In this document: one piece after another, positions 36,730 through 38,163 of the stretch
Position numbering within the stretch: the stretch's first letter is position 1
Layout of the letters: each line of letters starts with the position of its first letter
Position numbers and translations under genes: made by a program
Source: a virus
Taxonomy: Duplodnaviria; Caudoviricetes
Strand: one strand, 5' to 3'
Virus record (IMG/VR): IMGVR_UViG_3300025035_000051
Location: 1 to 38,163 of that record
Length of the DNA: 38,163 bases
The notes under the pieces: generated by a model
Seen by the model: the letters and a program-made list of their open reading frames with translations, nothing else
Database searches by the model: none
Told to the model about the DNA's origin: nothing

Positions 36730-38163
36730 TTATGTTTTACTAGTAGATTTTAACGTGCCTCCTCGTGCATCTATATTTCTGACAGCAGCTACCACAACCT
36801 TTCCTACTTCTTTAGGTTCAGTAGCCTTAGTATTTATAGTGATAAACACATCTCTTATACTGGTGGAAACGTCGTCTGAAGATCCATCAGGATTCTTACC
36901 ACCATCTACATGGAAGTGCCCTCTTCCACCAGCTTCTGTTGGTGATTCATAGGCAAGTCTGTATCCGTCTTTATCTATTATTGGATGCCACTTGGTAGCA
37001 TTCACCTGAGTTAATTCCTTAGGGATGTTAAATTTAGCTAATAATTCAGGAGTAGCTTGTATGTCAAACGCTCCTCTAGAACCATGATTAGCTGTGCCTG
37101 GTCTATAAGTTGAATTTATCTGTAGTTGTTCGAGGTTCATTCCCAAACCTGCGGCTGTAGCTCTTAACCTTTCGTTTCCGGCAGAGCTTAAGTCCTCCAC
37201 ATCTTTAGAATTACCAGCTTTAAAAGAGGGAGAAGAAGTTGACAAAAACTTATCGAGTTCATTTTGTATCCTCGCTTCTTTTTTGTCAGTCAAACCTAAT
37301 TTACTATACTGTAAACCTCCGATGACTCTTCTTTGAACTACGTATCCCATAGAGGCTAGTAAATCTCGATTGGATTGAGTGTTATCGGCATCTGACAAGT
37401 CGTAATAAGATTTTTTATATTCTCCAACACTAACATTTCGAGAATCTTCTATAATCTTACGTCTCATTGAAGGATTTAATAGTCTAGACTTAGCTCCCGC
37501 TATATCTGCAGATGTTATATTTTCTAGAGAATGAAACTTCTCATAAGCTGCAGTCTTAGCTGAGAAGAACTCTCCAATCCCTGCTGTTCCCCATCTAAAT
37601 GACCCATCTTCTTTAGTTATCAACGATAAAACTCCCTTTTGGAATTCATACCCAAATATGTCGGATAACTTCTTCCCTAACCACGATATTACATCACTGC
37701 CTATGTCCTTAAATCCCTGCCAAAATTTAGATACCATTCCTGTTTTTCCTCCAAATGCATCTGTCCATAATTTTCCCATGGTAGCCCAAAATCCTAAACC
37801 CTGTTTGCTAGCATCTTTAAAAACATCTTTTATCTTTATAGCCCATAATCCTAATTGCCCTTCAGCCCTTAAAGCCCAACCCTTAAATTGTTCAGCAGCG
37901 TTTTGTATTCCGCCAATAGCTTTCGCCCCATAACTTGTCATTCCTGTAAATAGGGAATAGATAACCTTTCCCACTCCTCCTAATACATGGCTTATGCTAT
38001 TTGCAAAAGAAAATAGTACCGTTTTATTTTTAGCTACCCATCCCTTAATGTCAACAAATACTTGCTGTATATACCACAGTAAATTACCCTCTTGAGGAGC
38101 TCCAACTAAGTCCTCCTTAAATTCACTCCAGAAACTATCTATCTGACTTAAACTTGTAGATAT
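36730..38163 (-). CDS. tape measure protein, C-terminal part, with M15-like peptidase motif (5' truncated by window)
   Basis: Frame is open from 38163 (63 further codons upstream of 37974); Trp/Phe-spaced amphipathic helices; NSTYR...NH..RGAFDI...HFHV Zn-peptidase motif. Confidence 0.8.
   Translation of the reverse strand: MSTSLSQIDSFWSEFKEDLVGAPQEGNLLWYIQQVFVDIKGWVAKNKTVLFSFANSISHVLGGVGKVIYSLFTGMTSYGAKAIGGIQNAAEQFKGWALRAEGQLGLWAIKIKDVFKDASKQGLGFWATMGKLWTDAFGGKTGMVSKFWQGFKDIGSDVISWLGKKLSDIFGYEFQKGVLSLITKEDGSFRWGTAGIGEFFSAKTAAYEKFHSLENITSADIAGAKSRLLNPSMRRKIIEDSRNVSVGEYKKSYYDLSDADNTQSNRDLLASMGYVVQRRVIGGLQYSKLGLTDKKEARIQNELDKFLSTSSPSFKAGNSKDVEDLSSAGNERLRATAAGLGMNLEQLQINSTYRPGTANHGSRGAFDIQATPELLAKFNIPKELTQVNATKWHPIIDKDGYRLAYESPTEAGGRGHFHVDGGKNPDGSSDDVSTSIRDVFITINTKATEPKEVGKVVVAAVRNIDARGGTLKSTSKT

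Noticed and set aside
102-37933. All plus-strand ORFs in the track (e.g. 14879-15604, 13751-14227, 15662-16099)
   Set aside because: They lie antisense to well-supported minus-strand genes, have Ser/Leu/Phe-rich shadow composition and no motifs
1-38163. tRNA, rRNA or structured ncRNA genes
   Set aside because: Intergenic gaps are very short and AT-rich; no cloverleaf or T-loop signature was found by eye

Overview
A 38-kb segment of a large contractile-tailed (myovirus-like) dsDNA phage genome. Essentially all real genes are on the minus strand and tightly packed. In transcription order (right to left) it holds: (1) a tail/baseplate module (tape measure C-terminus with an M15-like peptidase motif, tube-initiator, LysM/tail-X, hub, spike, gp25, baseplate J, tail I, collar-domain fibre) with NUDIX and KOW genes embedded; (2) a replication/recombination module (probable SSB, RecA/UvsX, 5'-3' exonuclease, SbcD/SbcC, dUTPase, family A polymerase with an N-terminal UDG-like domain, SF2 helicase, DnaB, primase, RuvC-like resolvase); (3) two sigma-like genes, an HU-like gene and a SWIM-finger gene. 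Interleaved with the replication genes is a thymidine hypermodification system: a thymidylate-synthase-family probable dUMP hydroxymethylase, a clade-1 aGPT-Pplase/amino acid:DNA transferase, a 1089-aa three-domain fusion (P-loop kinase + PLP enzyme + clade-2 amino acid:DNA transferase), an adjacent SAM-methyltransferase-like gene, and Nmad1 and HD nucleotide-pool enzymes. The fusion plus methyltransferase is the best candidate for an undescribed system, possibly making an N-methylated modified base. A 1.2-kb AT-rich, decaying foreign insert flanked by an exact 81-bp duplication of the primase 3' end lies at 4914-6310. The host is inferred to be Bacteroidota. All family calls come from motif recognition by eye, not database searches.
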